Of a stretch of 64,000 nucleotides of DNA, positions 12,951 to 26,111 are shown one piece after another. Origin of the DNA: Vicugna vicugna. Lineage: Eukaryota. The stretch lies in NCBI GenBank assembly GCA_013265495.1, contig MU058463.1, positions 4,424,244 to 4,488,243 of the forward strand, given 5' to 3'. The position numbers were made by a program, and so were the translations under genes. Numbering within the stretch: position 1 is the stretch's first letter; each line of letters starts with the position of its first letter. The notes beneath the pieces were generated by a model. It saw nothing but the letters and a program-made list of their open reading frames with translations, made no database searches and had not been told where the DNA came from.

Positions 12951-15900
12951 GATGTATCTTCTTTGTATTCTAATGCCTAGTATTTTATAATTCAGAAAAT
13001 GTTTGTTGATTATAAATAATCTGCTAAACTAAGGCAAGATTAAAAATCTTGTGTTTGAGTCTTTCCTTGACAGTGCTATACCTCTGGACAAAGCAGTTAA
13101 TCTCCACCTGGGTCAGTCTTAGAGGGTGTTTATTTGTATCTAAGTAAACCCATTCTCCTATGGGAAAAAAAAAAGACAATTTGGTATTTAATTTTCTCTT
13201 CTTGACTTTTTGTAGTTGCTTCATAGAATTTCTCACAAATTAGACTGTACTTTAAAGACATGAAGCTGTTAACATAAGAGAAAACCCAAAGATTATAAAG
13301 TAAGGCAAAGGTAGATGTAAACAAAACCAAAATCTAGTCCAACCAAAATAAGCAAAAAAAGAAAAACAAAATCCATTTTGCAGAAGCAAACATAATGATC
13401 AGCTTCCAAACAGGGCTTTTCCAGGAGAGAGTTGTTTAGAAATAGAGCAGTCAACCTAATATGTGCAGCTAGGATAACAGCTTCAGCATTAACAAAATCT
13501 ACCATGATTGAGTAGTTTAAACCCTGCCTTCATTTTAGTCACTCCACCAGAGAAAGTATAAATTAAAGATAAAAAAAGAATGAACTAACTGTCATGCCTA
13601 AATGAAACTCTGTTGTTTGAGATACATCTCAGTCACTCATTCTGGCCTTGTCTCCTCCTTTGCTAAGGCCACTTGCAACCCTGAGTGTCACTACATTTTA
13701 ATGCTGTGCTGAATTTCTCGTGTCCCCTCTCAGCAGTTTTGGTCTCGTAAGGTGTGGCAGACCCATTTTCATTGACAGTGATTCTATCCCAATTAACTGC
13801 AAACTCCTCTGCCAAGTTACTTTTCAGCCAGTACAGTTCCATAAAATATTTCTTCACTCCAAGAGAAACTAAATTTGAAACCATACTTAAGTTAAAGAGA
13901 AAAATTACTCAATAGTCTTGATCCAATTGCTAATTCTTTCTGGGAAACATACTAGCTGTAGTTTCAGCAACACCTATTATTAATCTTATTGCAAAGTTAT
14001 TGAATTATTTCTTAGGAAAGTGGATTAATTCATGAAATCTGACAAGTTCTCTTGATTTCAAATGGCGGGTAGATCTGTAAGCACTAGGGAGTCGCTTAGT
14101 TACGCAGATCCTCCATAAATACTGTCCTGAACTGTGGAAACTGGGAGATGTCTCTGGGGAAGCAGGGGATTCTTCTTATAGGAGGAAGAGCGTGATGAAA
14201 GCTTGGCTTGTGATGGTTTGAATGTGCTCAGGTTGCAATCAGAGAAACAGGCTGAACGACTTAAGAGTTTTCTTTACACCAGAGACCGCTTCCTGCAATG
14301 AACTGTAATTGACCTGTTTGTTCAGCATCTGTAATTTCAGTCTCCATATTTAGGCCCCTATATGCTCCCTTGCTCATTTTTATATGTAACTCAGATATGA
14401 AATAAAGCCTCTCATACTCCTGATATCTAAATATTGTTTCCTAAGATCCTCGCTAAAATCATGGCTTTGAGAGTCTAGAGCTTGTCCCATGATTGCTGTT
14501 CATTTTCAGCGCTTTCACTCATACAGTTTTCTATGTTTCTGCCTCTCTTTTCCCCAAGTCAGTCACAGAATTCAAAATTATATTCCTGCTTTTTTCAAAG
14601 TACTTTTCACCCCCTATCCCTCCCCCTTCAAATTTGCATACCTAGACTCAGAGAGGATTACCACTTAGGGTAACTAGTCACTTTGGCAAGACAGTAATTT
14701 ATTAGATATATGTCGTATTTGATTACCATAGCTCTCCTTCCCCAAGTATCAGCCGCACAAGAATTCCTTCCTCTTTCCTTTTATAGCCTCTCTTCCTTTA
14801 AAATCATCTATGAAACACTGCTCCATGGCATAGCAACTCATCTGGATCCATTTAGAAGTAGCCTGCCTGTTTATTCCAGAGTTTTCTCTGGGTACAAACT
14901 CTGTAACTTCTCCAGTTACACAGGATATGGTCTGGGAAAGTGGGCCCAAAATAAAATTCCAACACAGCTCTGTCCAGTTGCTGTTAATATGCTCTGTCTG
15001 CTATTTCAGCTGCATCTCTTGTTAGAGAAAAAGATGAAGTTTAAGCTAAAAGGTAGCATATTGAGATGAGTTAGAAAGATAGGTATCCTTAAGGTATTTC
15101 CATTGCATTTTTCCCCTGCACTTATCATCAAATCCTCATTAAGCCTATGGGACCACCTGGCACTGCTACTTTGAATTATAAATTCAGTACAGATAATGCA
15201 TCCAGCTGGGAATACTCAAGGAAACTCAATGCTTTTTAAAGTTTTTAATAAAAATAGATTTTAATACTCAAATGAAGGTGTGTGCAAGATTTGAGTTTAA
15301 TTGGATGCTGGTCTAAATTAGAATAAACTATAGTTGAGTATTTTCTTATAGCTTGAGAAATGCTATTGAATGTCTTCTGATTGTTCTTCTAGCTACAGCT
15401 GATTGTAGTTATTTCTTTCCTGAATGTATTTGAGAGTTTGCAAAACTTTGCTTACAATAGGGACTCAAACAATTATAGGTTTGAATTTAGTTAGTAGGAC
15501 TCTGAAGCAATTATGTATTTAAATCTATACAGTGAAGCTTTGGTGTGTGCTTCAGCAACATGGCAAATCTATAAGTTTATCTTTCTTTTTATTAAGCTTG
15601 CATTTACCTGCATGATACATTCCCTTTTTTCCTTAGAAGGTATGTTTTCATTGTATTCTGAGATTTGTTTAATCTTCCTTTAATTTTTTTTCATTTAATC
15701 CGAGGATTAACTTTATTATCTCTACTCTCTTTTTTCTTCCCTAAGAGCTGCAACATTTTCATGATGTTCTAAACCTTACAGCACTGAACTGAATATAAAT
15801 GGAATTCCAAACAAGCAAATGTATAATCTGTCACCCCTTTTGGCTGCCAAATATCAAAGAAAATTTATTCTTTGCTCTCAGGGTTTTTACATATACATAT

Positions 15901-16134
15901 TATTTTCACTTAGGCACTTAAAATATTTTATTAAGTTTTAGTGTTTTCTGAGGCTCTTCTCTTTGTATATAAACTGATGTGAGTAAGTAGAATATTCCTC
16001 TTTTCCCTGTGGTTCTGGGACTGGACTATTCCAAAGAAATATGTTCCTTTCTCAGGAAGAACAAACAAGTTTGCTTGATTTGGAATTAAAGGGCCAGCAG
16101 CAAATTATTCAACACTAGGGTTTACAAATAATAA

Positions 16135-16230
16135 GACCAATCCCCTCATTTTAGAGAAGAGGAGCTGAGACTCATAGAAGGAAAGAGATTCATCTAAGTT
16201 ACTGGTGGAGTTCAGTGCTCTTTTGGGTAC
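16135..16230 (-). mobile_element. MIR fragment
   Basis: ccaatcccctcattttagagaagaggagctgagactcatagaagg antisense MIR core. Confidence 0.65.
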
Positions 16231-16305
16231 AACCTGCTACCTCTCACCTAGAAACCTTTCCACGTTCATTAAGCTTCTACTGCACGCAAAGACTGTATGG
16301 GGACA

Positions 16306-17139
16306 TTTTTTAACTGATTTTTTTCAGCTTTATTGAGACATATTGACATAAAACATCATGTGCATTTAAGGTGTACAATGTGAAGATTTGATACACGTGT
16401 ATATTGCAACATGGTATCACAGTAAGTTTAGTTAACACATCCATCACCTCATAGCATTACAATATTTTCTTCTGTATATGGTAACATCTATTCCCTTAAT
16501 AACTTTCAAGTGTGTAATACAGTATTGTTAGCTATAGTCAACATGCTGAACAGTAGATTCCCAGAACTTATGCATCTTATAACCAGAAGTTTGTACCCTT
16601 TGACCAATATCTCACTTCCTCCCCATGCAGCCCCTGGCAACTACCATTCTACTCTCTGTTTCTATGAGTTTGACTATTTTTCTTTTTCTTTTTTTTTCAG
16701 CTTCCACATATAAATGAAGTCATACAGTACTTGTCTTTATCTGACTTGTTTCATTTAGCATAATGCCTTCAAGGTCCAACCATGTTGTTGCAAATGGCAG
16801 GATTTCCTTCTTTTTCACAGCTGAATTATTTTATATATACAAATATTTTCTTTATCCATCCATCTGTTGATGGACACTTGGTTTGTTTCTATATCTTGGT
16901 CATTGTGAACACTACTGCAATGAACATGGTGGGGCAGATATCTTTTCGAGATGCTGACTTCATTTCCTTCAGATATATACCCAGAAATGAGATTGCTGGA
17001 TCATATGGTAGTTCTATGTTTAGTTTTTTAAGGATCCTCTATACTGTTTTCCATAATAACTATACTTCCAACTGTGCACTAGGGTTCCCTTTTCTCCACA
17101 TACTTGACAACACTTGTTATCTCTTGTATTTTTGATAAT
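16306..17139 (-). mobile_element. L1 (L1MA9-like) 3'UTR and ORF2 end
   Basis: T-tract then cagctttattgagacatattgacat, gtattgttagctatagtc, gagattgctggatcatatggtagttctat and gggttcccttttctccaca. Confidence 0.9.
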
Positions 17140-17406
17140 TGTTGGAGGAGATCATCAGGAGGAGGTGACTGCTGGTTGACCCATGAGCTGGACCAGGGTA
17201 ATCCAAGGCTCTTCGCCCCCTCCCCTGTTCTTGGAATGTACATTCTGTGGGTTGGTATGAAGATCTACTCCTTTTGTGGCTGCCTATGCAAGCTCCATAT
17301 GCAAGTTCCCTTGCTTATGAAATGTGCTACCTACTGACCTGGAGTGGTCCACTTCTTCTGTCTCTCTTTGCCTTCCATGTATGGGGGCCAATTTTGTGAA
17401 CAAACA
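17140..17406 (+). mobile_element. ERVL-class solo LTR (MER54/MER74-like, tentative)
   Basis: TG...CA termini (tgttggagg ... gaacaaaca) with a perfect 5-bp TSD ataat at 17135-17139 and 17407-17411. Confidence 0.8.
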
Positions 17407-17411
17407 ATAAT

Positions 17412-17785
17412 GACTGAGAGGGGCTGGCACCAGTTCATGGGCCACGTCAAGGTCTACAACCGGACCAAGGTGGGTGGGGCTTCTCCTGGGTCCTTTATAG
17501 TGCTCGTGACAGACACAAAGCCAAACAGGCTGTAGCCAAGTCCGCAGGGGTACAGAGCTCTTTCCATTTCTGCAGCCAAGACCACAGTTAGCAAGTCAAC
17601 CACCGGATTTCGAGCCTCTCTTCTCAAAATAGCCCTCCTCAGTCTTGGATGGCACCGGGGTTTCACAATCTTTTACCTAGATCCCAAAGCTCCCACAAAG
17701 GCTCTTTGTCTGTGGAGGGATGCCCAGTTACCATTGTTGAGGGAAGATACGTAGGAGGAACATCTTACTCAAACATTTGCTCAGG
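17412..17785 (-). mobile_element. L1 5'UTR (L1M2/L1MA-type 5' end)
   Basis: ggggtttcacaatcttttacctagatcccaaagctcccacaaaggc...tgtctgtggagggatgcc resembles the antisense 5' terminus of L1M2/M3 elements. Confidence 0.7.
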
Positions 17786-20696
17786 ATGCTATTTTTATAT
17801 GATATATATTTCCCCTTAATCTTTATGACTTTCCAAACTTCAGCGTATATACACTGTGAGAAGCACATTCATAGTTATTGTTTAAAGACATTTTGTTTAA
17901 GAAATCGGACCTAAACAAACCAAACAAATGACAGGAACAATTCACCTAAAGAAGGACACTTAAATGCAAAGTAATAGGATTTGTTATTTCAGGAGTCGTA
18001 ATTCCTGATAAACAGTTTGACACACTTTTTGCCTACATTTCCAGATAAGAAGCCACAGCATACAAATCAAAGGGTCATAGTCTCTGATATCACAGAGGCC
18101 CAGGTCCAAATCCCATCTCCATCATCTACTGGTTGTTACTCACGGCGAAGTAGCTGTGAGCTGGGGAGACCAACGTACAAATAGAGATATGGGATCTATA
18201 TAGCATGTGTGCTGACTGGGACGTGTGCAGGATGGTACGAGAGCGTGGGGAAGGGGCCCCAGCAAGGCTGGGGATGTTGACGAGGTCATACCTGACCTTC
18301 TACGACTGAGAGGCTAATATTGCGATCTGTAGTGTAATTTGTGAGATGCAGAAAAATCTCTCTTGTTCAAAAAGTCTCTTCCCATCATCAACCATTACTC
18401 TCAGTAACATACTGCTGGGATGCCTAAAATAACCACTGTTGTAATAACTTATTTGGGATAAGTCTTTTCTCTAAAATACCTAAATGAAATACAAAAATAT
18501 GTCCAAAAAGTGAAGTAACTTATTCAGAACATACCTCCCTGTCCTTTTTTCTCTTCCATGTTACCTGAAGGTGGGTCAGGACTTTGGGAAAATGAACAAG
18601 GATAAAACAAGTTGTGGTGAAGAGGCTGGAAGAGATTTGGTGAAACGGTGGAGCCCCAGATGTCTGCAATGGCACTTGTCTGGAGGAGGGAGGGAGTGTG
18701 TGGTGGGCACAAGTGGACATAGGAATAACTTTTCCTACCTGATTATTTTTCTGAGACCAGCTGAGTTCCTAAAAGAGGAGACAAATTTTCAGGACAGTGA
18801 CTTTATAAGACACTGACAGTTGGAAACCTGAGACAATCAGGGAAGGGTTTTCCTTTGTTTACAGCTTTAATATGCACATTTTATATTAAAAGGCTGGGGT
18901 CAGCATGCTAACAAATGTAGAAAATGCAGAAAGTAGCTATTAAGGGGGATTTCCTTCCATCTGAATAGTATTTTACATATTCGTCAGAGTCTAAAACCAG
19001 GGTTGAATGAGAACTGGAATACCAGGAGGAACCTTTGGAAGAAAATACCTAACCAGCATCAAAGCTGCAGTTTTCAACCCCACATGTCTTGTGACACTGA
19101 TCTGCTGACTGGATGCTAGAAAATTCTAGGATTTCCATCAGAACTCTTAAGTGCAGCAAAGGGTACCTTGGGCCACTGTGTTTGGCTCAGCTATGCTCTT
19201 AGATCTTCATCTTGGCCCTTGGAAGGCCAAATAGCTGAAGGTTTTTTTAGTTTCTGGCATCCTGGCATTTGTCCTTTGAAAAAGGCAGATTTCTATCAAT
19301 CTTTTCAACCATAACAAATCAATGATATGAGCAAGCATGGTTTGGGAGTCATTGTTAATGTCTGACTTCACTGTCATATAGAGGTATGAATGCTAGATGT
19401 ATCTTGGAGCCAAATAATATCCTTATGGGCTTTACATGTTGAAATTCTATCAAAGTCAAATGTACAGTAATAAAAGATGAATAACAGAGTTGTTAGTTTT
19501 ATATAAAAACAGGGATGCAAACTTTTAAATAATTGAGAAGGGAAACAGATTGGCAGTTACTGAAATACTAAGAATGCCCTAACTTAGTAACTTTAAGAAG
19601 AATAGTATATACTTTCAGTTATATGTTTATAAAAATTTTAAATAATGCAAGACAGTAATCAGGAGTAGATAATATAATTTTAAACATTTTGGAATCATTC
19701 GGAGTATTCACATTCATAAATGTAAAAACATTTTTACAGACTTGTAAGAACTGCACTCAATTTTGATTTACTTAATTCCATTTAGGGCTTAGATCTTTTA
19801 AGAAAAAAATCCTTTTTTCACATTTGTATGGAAAATTAAAAACAGAAGATCAACAGTATCTCCTGAAGATTTTAAAAGCAGGAAGACCTTCAAAATTATG
19901 TACAAAATCCATGAAAACCATCTCTGATCCAGATGTAATGAAAGCTATAAAGAATGCGAGCAAGCAATTATTAGATGTTGTTAGGCTGAGTAGTTATGAT
20001 CATAACTAAAGATTCTCATGAAAATTGATTAGCTGCACATTTAGCAATGCTGGAAGTGAGGCTGAAATATGCACTTGCTAGTCAGCCTTCTGAAGGCCAA
20101 GGCTGAAGCTGACTGGCAATTTTGGGGACGTCTGTGGCTGAAATTAAAGAACTTTGCATCTCCAAATTTACAGGAAATGAGGGCTGCTTCAGACACCACC
20201 ATATCCCCAGAATTAATAACAGTGAGTCCTAGGATGAGTATGTGTGTCTGCCATTCAGAGTGGCCTCAAACAACTCTGAAGACAGGGAACCATCAGTGCG
20301 TATTTTATCCAGCTTAAGCACATTAGTTAAAATCACCCATAGAAGGGATCATGACCTGGCCCAGGCACATAGAGGCAAAGACGCAACACACTTTGAAACA
20401 AGTGGTCTTGTTTTACATTGCTGCCAGAAAGGAAGAACCCAGGTAAAAATCAGGATCTTCACTTATACATGTGATCAATCATATTCCAAACAAATATTCC
20501 CAGTTTCTTCCCTTTGCTAGTTCTAGTGGCTAAAACTCTGGTTATCAAAATCTAACCAATATGTTGGAGAGCCTTACTTTCATGACCTCATTGAATCGCT
20601 TGTGTGAACTGCCCAAGGAAAAGCTAGAGTCTGAGGTTCCTTGCTGTTGCGGAATGTCCTAATTCCAGGAAGTCTGATGAATGAAAGAGGAACAGA

Positions 20697-20939
20697 ACCG
20701 GGGCGGCGGGGGGGAGGTAGATGGTGGGAAGGGATAGACTGGGATTTCAAAATTGTAGAATAGATAAACAAGATTACACTGTATAGCACAGGGAAATATA
20801 CACAAAATGTTATGATAAATCACAGAGAAAAAAATGTGACAATGAGTGTGTATATGTCCATGAATGACTGAAAAATTGTGCTGAACACTGGAATTTGACA
20901 CAACACTGTAAAATGATTATGAATCAATAAAAAAAAAAA
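20697..20939 (+). mobile_element. Young 5'-truncated L1 (camelid-type 3'UTR)
   Basis: ggtgggaagggatagactggg...ctgtatagcacaggga...aataaa plus A-tail; perfect 14-bp TSD gaaagaggaacaga at 20683-20696 and 20940-20953. Confidence 0.92.
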
Positions 20940-21784
20940 GAAAGAGGAACAGAGCTAGCTGGTGGAGACTGAGGTGTCCATAATATTTTCAGTAATACTA
21001 ATGATAAAGGAGATGGATAGATGAACCAAACTATGGATGAGTTTTTAGGCCGAGGCTGATGCAGTCATCCCAACTTTATGGCTGTAGCCCTTCCGTTGTG
21101 CCATCTTGAATGCACGTATATCAAGAAAGTCAGCACCATTTGGTTCCTTATCAAAGTAGGTTAGCATTATTTGTGTGAGCCCTATTCCCTGGGTATAACC
21201 AACTCCTGGGTCTTTGGCCATGACTTCTGATAAATTTTGAAAATGTTGGAGACCATGAATTTTTCAAATGCACCATTCTCTTTAAGTGCTTGACAGACTA
21301 TCAGGGGAGCAGTAGCTCTGATTGCTGGCCTGGCTTGGGGCAGTGTCTGGGGAGTCTAGGAGGACAGGTTTTGTTTTCGGGCCAGAGTTTATGGAGCTGA
21401 GCATGAGTCAAAATGCAGCATTCAAGGCAGAAGTTGACCAGTAGCAAGACTGCCAGTAGTGTTTTCATTCAAAGCAAAGAGTCAAGAGTAGTGGTGAGGC
21501 GGGGGTGTCCAAGTACGAAGCCATTGGGCAAAGATAAAAGAAATTTGTTCATGTAACAAATATTTATCACATTCGTGTGTGCAATAGGATATACTAGGCA
21601 CAGGTTCAAGCGTACTAAACCTGTATGCCTAGCACATCCACTCATACAGCACATAAGGCTAGAGAAGAGCCTGAAGGAGTCTTTCTTCGCAAGAGCATAG
21701 TCCCAGCTGCTCTGCATGGGCTTTTTGAACCCCTAGGTAGGGCAGCTAGGGCAGCTTGGGGTTAAAAGCTCTGCATAATGGGGT

Positions 21785-22325
21785 ACATCCAGTCTCTTTA
21801 GCATGACTTACAATACCTTTCTTGATCTAGCTCTCACTAAACAACCTAGCCTCAACTATTTCCATGCCTGTTATCAAAACCATCATTCTAGTCATAATGA
21901 ACTATTGACTCTTTTGTGACTATACCATACTCTTTTTTGCCTCCGAAATCAAGAACCTGCTCTTCCTTCTGTTTTGAATAATTCTGCCTTCTCCCCTTCC
22001 TCCATCTTGGATACTTATTTCGTGGCTAGCTCCTACTCATTCACTCTTTCTAGGTTAGACGTCCCTTCCCTTGGGAAGTTGTTCCCTATTTCCAGACTCC
22101 GTAATGAGTCTATCCCGTGTACTCCCGGAGAGTCCTGCATTTATCATTGTCATCATGCAAAACACATTGAATTATAATTTCTGGTTGACTTTCTGTGTTG
22201 CCTAAAAAAATGTAACTCATTACTTCAGGGATCCTGTAATGTTACCATTATTTCTCCAGATCCTAGCACAATGACTTAGACATGGCAAGCACTCTAAAAT
22301 ATTTGTAGAATGTGTGAGTGGTTGA
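21785..22325 (+). mobile_element. L2 3' region
   Basis: Pyrimidine-rich L2 body ending cctagcacaatgacttagacatggcaagcactctaaaatatttgtagaatg. Confidence 0.7.
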
Positions 22326-22539
22326 CAATATCTAGGAGAAACACTCTTCAATCAACCAAATGGAAGACAGAGAATAGTACTGTTCTGGATCATTCTAAGT
22401 TAATTAGGTGAAGTCTTTCATTCATTCATTCATTCATTCATGGGAAGGCATGGAGTTCATTTAGGGGAAACTTGAAAGTTTGTTTCAGATGCATCCAGCA
22501 CTTTAGTAAATTGCATTTTCTAAACCTGGCTTCACGATA

Positions 22540-23069
22540 TGTATCCCATCCCATCTCCCTTCAGAGGATATGTCTTTGACAATATTCTATCCCATTAAAA
22601 CTTGGTGCGTTTGCAACTGCTTTGACTAACAGAATGTGGCAGAAGTGATGCTGCATGACTTTCTAGGTTATCTAGGTTATAATTAGGCAGTATGCCTCCA
22701 CTTTGCTCTCTTTCTCTCTCTTTCTCTCAGCTTGCTCACTTTTAGAACACAGCCACTGTGTTGTGCAGATGCCCAAGCCCCATGGTGAAGCTAAGTGTAT
22801 GTGTCCCATCCAGCAGCCCTGCCCAGGTCTCAGCTGACAGCTGGAATCAAATGTCAGATTTGTGAGTAAACAAGCCTGCAGATGATTCCAGGTGCCAGAA
22901 TTCAATCTTCCAGCTGAAGCCCTGGAGCTAATGGAATAGAGACCAGCTACCCCGTGGTGCCCTGTGTGAACTCCTAGCCACAGAAATCATGAGAGATGAT
23001 AAATGACTACTGTTGTTTTAAGCCACTGCACTTTGGAATGATTATTATTATGCAGCAGATATCAGTACA
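22540..23069 (+). mobile_element. MLT1G/H-like MaLR LTR
   Basis: actgctttgactaacagaatgtggcagaagtgatgctgcatgactt, tgttgttttaagccact and tatgcagcagatatcagtaca end. Confidence 0.85.
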
Positions 23070-23440
23070 GACAGCAGAGTAATTTTCCCACCTCTCATGC
23101 TTGCTGGCTTTTCCCACTGTAGTCAGAACATAGCTTTTCATAAACAAAGTCAATACATTAGGTTTGTCTAAAAGAAGAGGAAATTGAAATGGAGTTCCAA
23201 GGGGAAGACAAAGGTTAAAATGGTCATTTAAAAAGTGAAGTGATTGAAAATTAACAATTAATATATTAATACACATTAAAGCTATAAAGATTAAGATTAA
23301 AAGTAAGAGAAAAAAATTTTTAAAACTTAACTAAAGCAAAATTTTAAATGAAAGTTAGAGGTAATATAAATAAAATGAATTAAAAATATAAAAATGAGAA
23401 GTCCACTCTTTGTTTCAGCGTTCCTTATCCCTATGTCTTG

Positions 23441-23514
23441 TCTCTTCCCTCCCTCTCCTTTCTCTCCCTCTCCCTCCTTCCCTTCCTCCCTCCCTTCCTC
23501 CCTCCTTTCCTTTC
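23441..23514. repeat. Polypyrimidine (CT-rich) low-complexity tract
   Basis: Directly visible C/T-only stretch. Confidence 0.85.
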
Positions 23515-24327
23515 ACAAAGAACCAATTTTCAAATAAAACTTGTCCTTATAAAAAGGAATTAAGCAGATGAAATGATAATCAATTTTACTCACAGTTAAG
23601 ACATTCAAATTAAAATTCCAATTATATATATGTACACATATGTACATTATATATATGTTATACTGAAGTCCTTTCTTTATTCAGATTCCCTTGTGTGTTT
23701 TTGCTTTTTTTTTTTTTTTAATACTGCATGTCCTTTTGTGTTCAGGATCCCTTCTAGGACACCACATTACATTTAGTTATCATGTCTCCTCACTTTCCTC
23801 TTGGCTATAACAGTTTCTCACACTTTCATTGTTTTTGATGTCCTTGAAAGTTTTGAGGAGTACTGTTCAGGTATTTTGCAGAATGTCCCTCAATGGGAGC
23901 TGATCTTTTTCTCATGATTAGACTGAGGTTATCACTTTGTGGAAGGAAGACCACAGAAATAAATGATCGCCCTTATCATCTCATATCAAAGGTATATCCT
24001 ATCAACATGCTTTATCTTGGCTGATATTAGTCTTAATCACCTGGATGACATAGACTTTGTCAGGTTCCTCCACGGCAAAGTTACTCTTTTCCTCCTTTCC
24101 ACACTGTGCTCTCTGGAGGGAAGTCACGGTGTATAGTCCACATTTAAGGGCAGAAGGAGAGTTATACTCCACCTCCTTGAGAGCAATATATCTACATAAA
24201 TTTGGAATTCTTCTGCATAGATTTGTATTTTATCCCTCATTTACTTATTATTCAATTATTTGTTTATACCAGGATGGGTTCAGATATTTATTTTATACTC
24301 TGAGTTATAAACCAATACTACTTTTAT

Positions 24328-24361
<34 letters not shown>

Positions 24362-24600
24362 CAAATTATTGCGTCTTTGGCTATTCTGAGCTCCTTCAGT
24401 TGGCTTCAGTGTCCCTTCAACATACACCCATCACTGTGATTTTACTTTTTTTGAATAGAAACACTTCCTTCCTTTCTGGAACTACAAGATGTTCCAGGTT
24501 CACTTTGTTTATTTTCTGCTCCAGTTCTAGGACTGGCCCCTTCTCCAAGGAATCCTAGTTTCTTTTATTGGAGAATAGTATTAGAAACCACAAGCTGAGT

Positions 24601-24733
24601 GGGGAGGGTATAGCTCAGTGGTAAAGTGCTTGCCTAGCATGCACAAGTTCCTGGGTTCAAACCCCAGCACCTCTATTAAAAATAAGTAAGTTAAAAAAAA
24701 AAGTACCTTCCTCTCCAAAAAAAATTTAAAAAA
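24601..24733 (+). mobile_element. tRNA-derived SINE, camelid vic-1-like
   Basis: ggggagggtatagctcagtggta (A box) ... gggttcaaacccc (B box), then an A-rich tail. Confidence 0.88.
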
Positions 24734-25712
24734 TTTTCCATAATATATCCATCTGTATCTATATTAAGCTAAACCTGAATTTATACTGATGTCTCCAACT
24801 CTAATTCATTACCACATAGCTGTCTCCCCTTGCTTGTCTGTAAGCTCCCACTCCAACACTGAGAACCACGCACCATCCACTTTTTTTGTTAACTTCCAGT
24901 ATACACGTGTAGTGGTTTCAGAATTGTTAACCAGCACTCCCATGGGAAATAACTGTCAGCTAGAGTATAGTGCTTATATACAATTTCTTTTGCCTTTAGC
25001 CTTACAGTCTCCTCTCATTTCCAAAGTTACTTAGATCAGCAGTTTTCCTCCCATTCCCTTCAGTGAAGCTGTTTCATATATTTCTAGCACAGTTAGATTC
25101 TTTTATCACATACTACATTTTATCCTGGGATTCCCTGACCTCCTAAATTTTTTTAAATTTGCATACAGAGAAGTTTACTCTTTGTGCTGAAAAGCATTAT
25201 GAATTTTGAAAAATGTGTAGTGTCATGTAGCCACCATTATAATATCATAAAGAATAAATTCACCATCTAAATCTCCTCCATGCTTTGTGCATATAACACT
25301 CTCTGATATAGCTGGAAAAGATATCTACAAAATTGTAACTGTATTCTATTTATTGCATTTGTTCTTTGTTTCTTTTCCCTCTTCTTTGATTGAGCATTTT
25401 ATATGATTCATTTTTATCTTTTCTCTTGATGTGTAGTTATATTTCCCTAAAAAAGTTTAGTGATTGTCCTAGAGTTTAAAATATACATTTTAAATCAATC
25501 TAAGTCTACTTTTGAATAACCCTCTACCACATCACATAGCGCAGGTAACTTATGGCATAGTATTCTCAATTCTTTCATCCCATCCCTGGTGATATTGCTG
25601 TCATTCGTTTGACATATCTATATGTTATAATCACCCAATACCATGTTACTATATTGTTTAACAGTGTTTTTAGTTAGTTCATAATGAGAAAAATTTTTAA
25701 ATATTTAAACTC

Positions 25713-26111
25713 TATATCTTTCAAGATTCAATCAGAGAAATGGAACCAGTAGGAGACATATATTGGGATTTATTGCAAGGAATTGGCTTATACAATTTTG
25801 AGTGCTAGCTGGGCAAGTCCCAGATCCATAGGGCAGGCTGTCAGGAAGGGAAGGCTAGAACTCTTGGGCTTCTGGAGCTGAAGTCACTGTCCACACAAGC
25901 AATTTCTTCTTCAGTTTTCGAAAACTTAAACTCTGCCCTTCAGAACTTTGACCCGATTGGATTATTTAGGATAATCTCCCATACATAATGTCAATCGATT
26001 ATGGACTTTAATCATATCTACAAGATACCACAGCAACACCTGGATTAGCATTTGACTAAACAACAGAAGACTGTAGCTCAGGCAACTTGATACATGAAAC
26101 TGACCATCATG
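25713..26111 (-). mobile_element. MLT2-family ERVL LTR
   Basis: cagagaaatggaaccagtaggaga, tattgcaaggaattggctt and acttgatacatgaaactgaccatca end. Confidence 0.8.

Noticed and set aside
16510..17135. Plus-strand ORFs of 67 and 117 aa
   Set aside because: Antisense frames of the L1 3' region
24601..24675. tRNA-like sequence with A and B boxes
   Set aside because: It is the head of a SINE followed by an A-rich tail, not a tRNA gene
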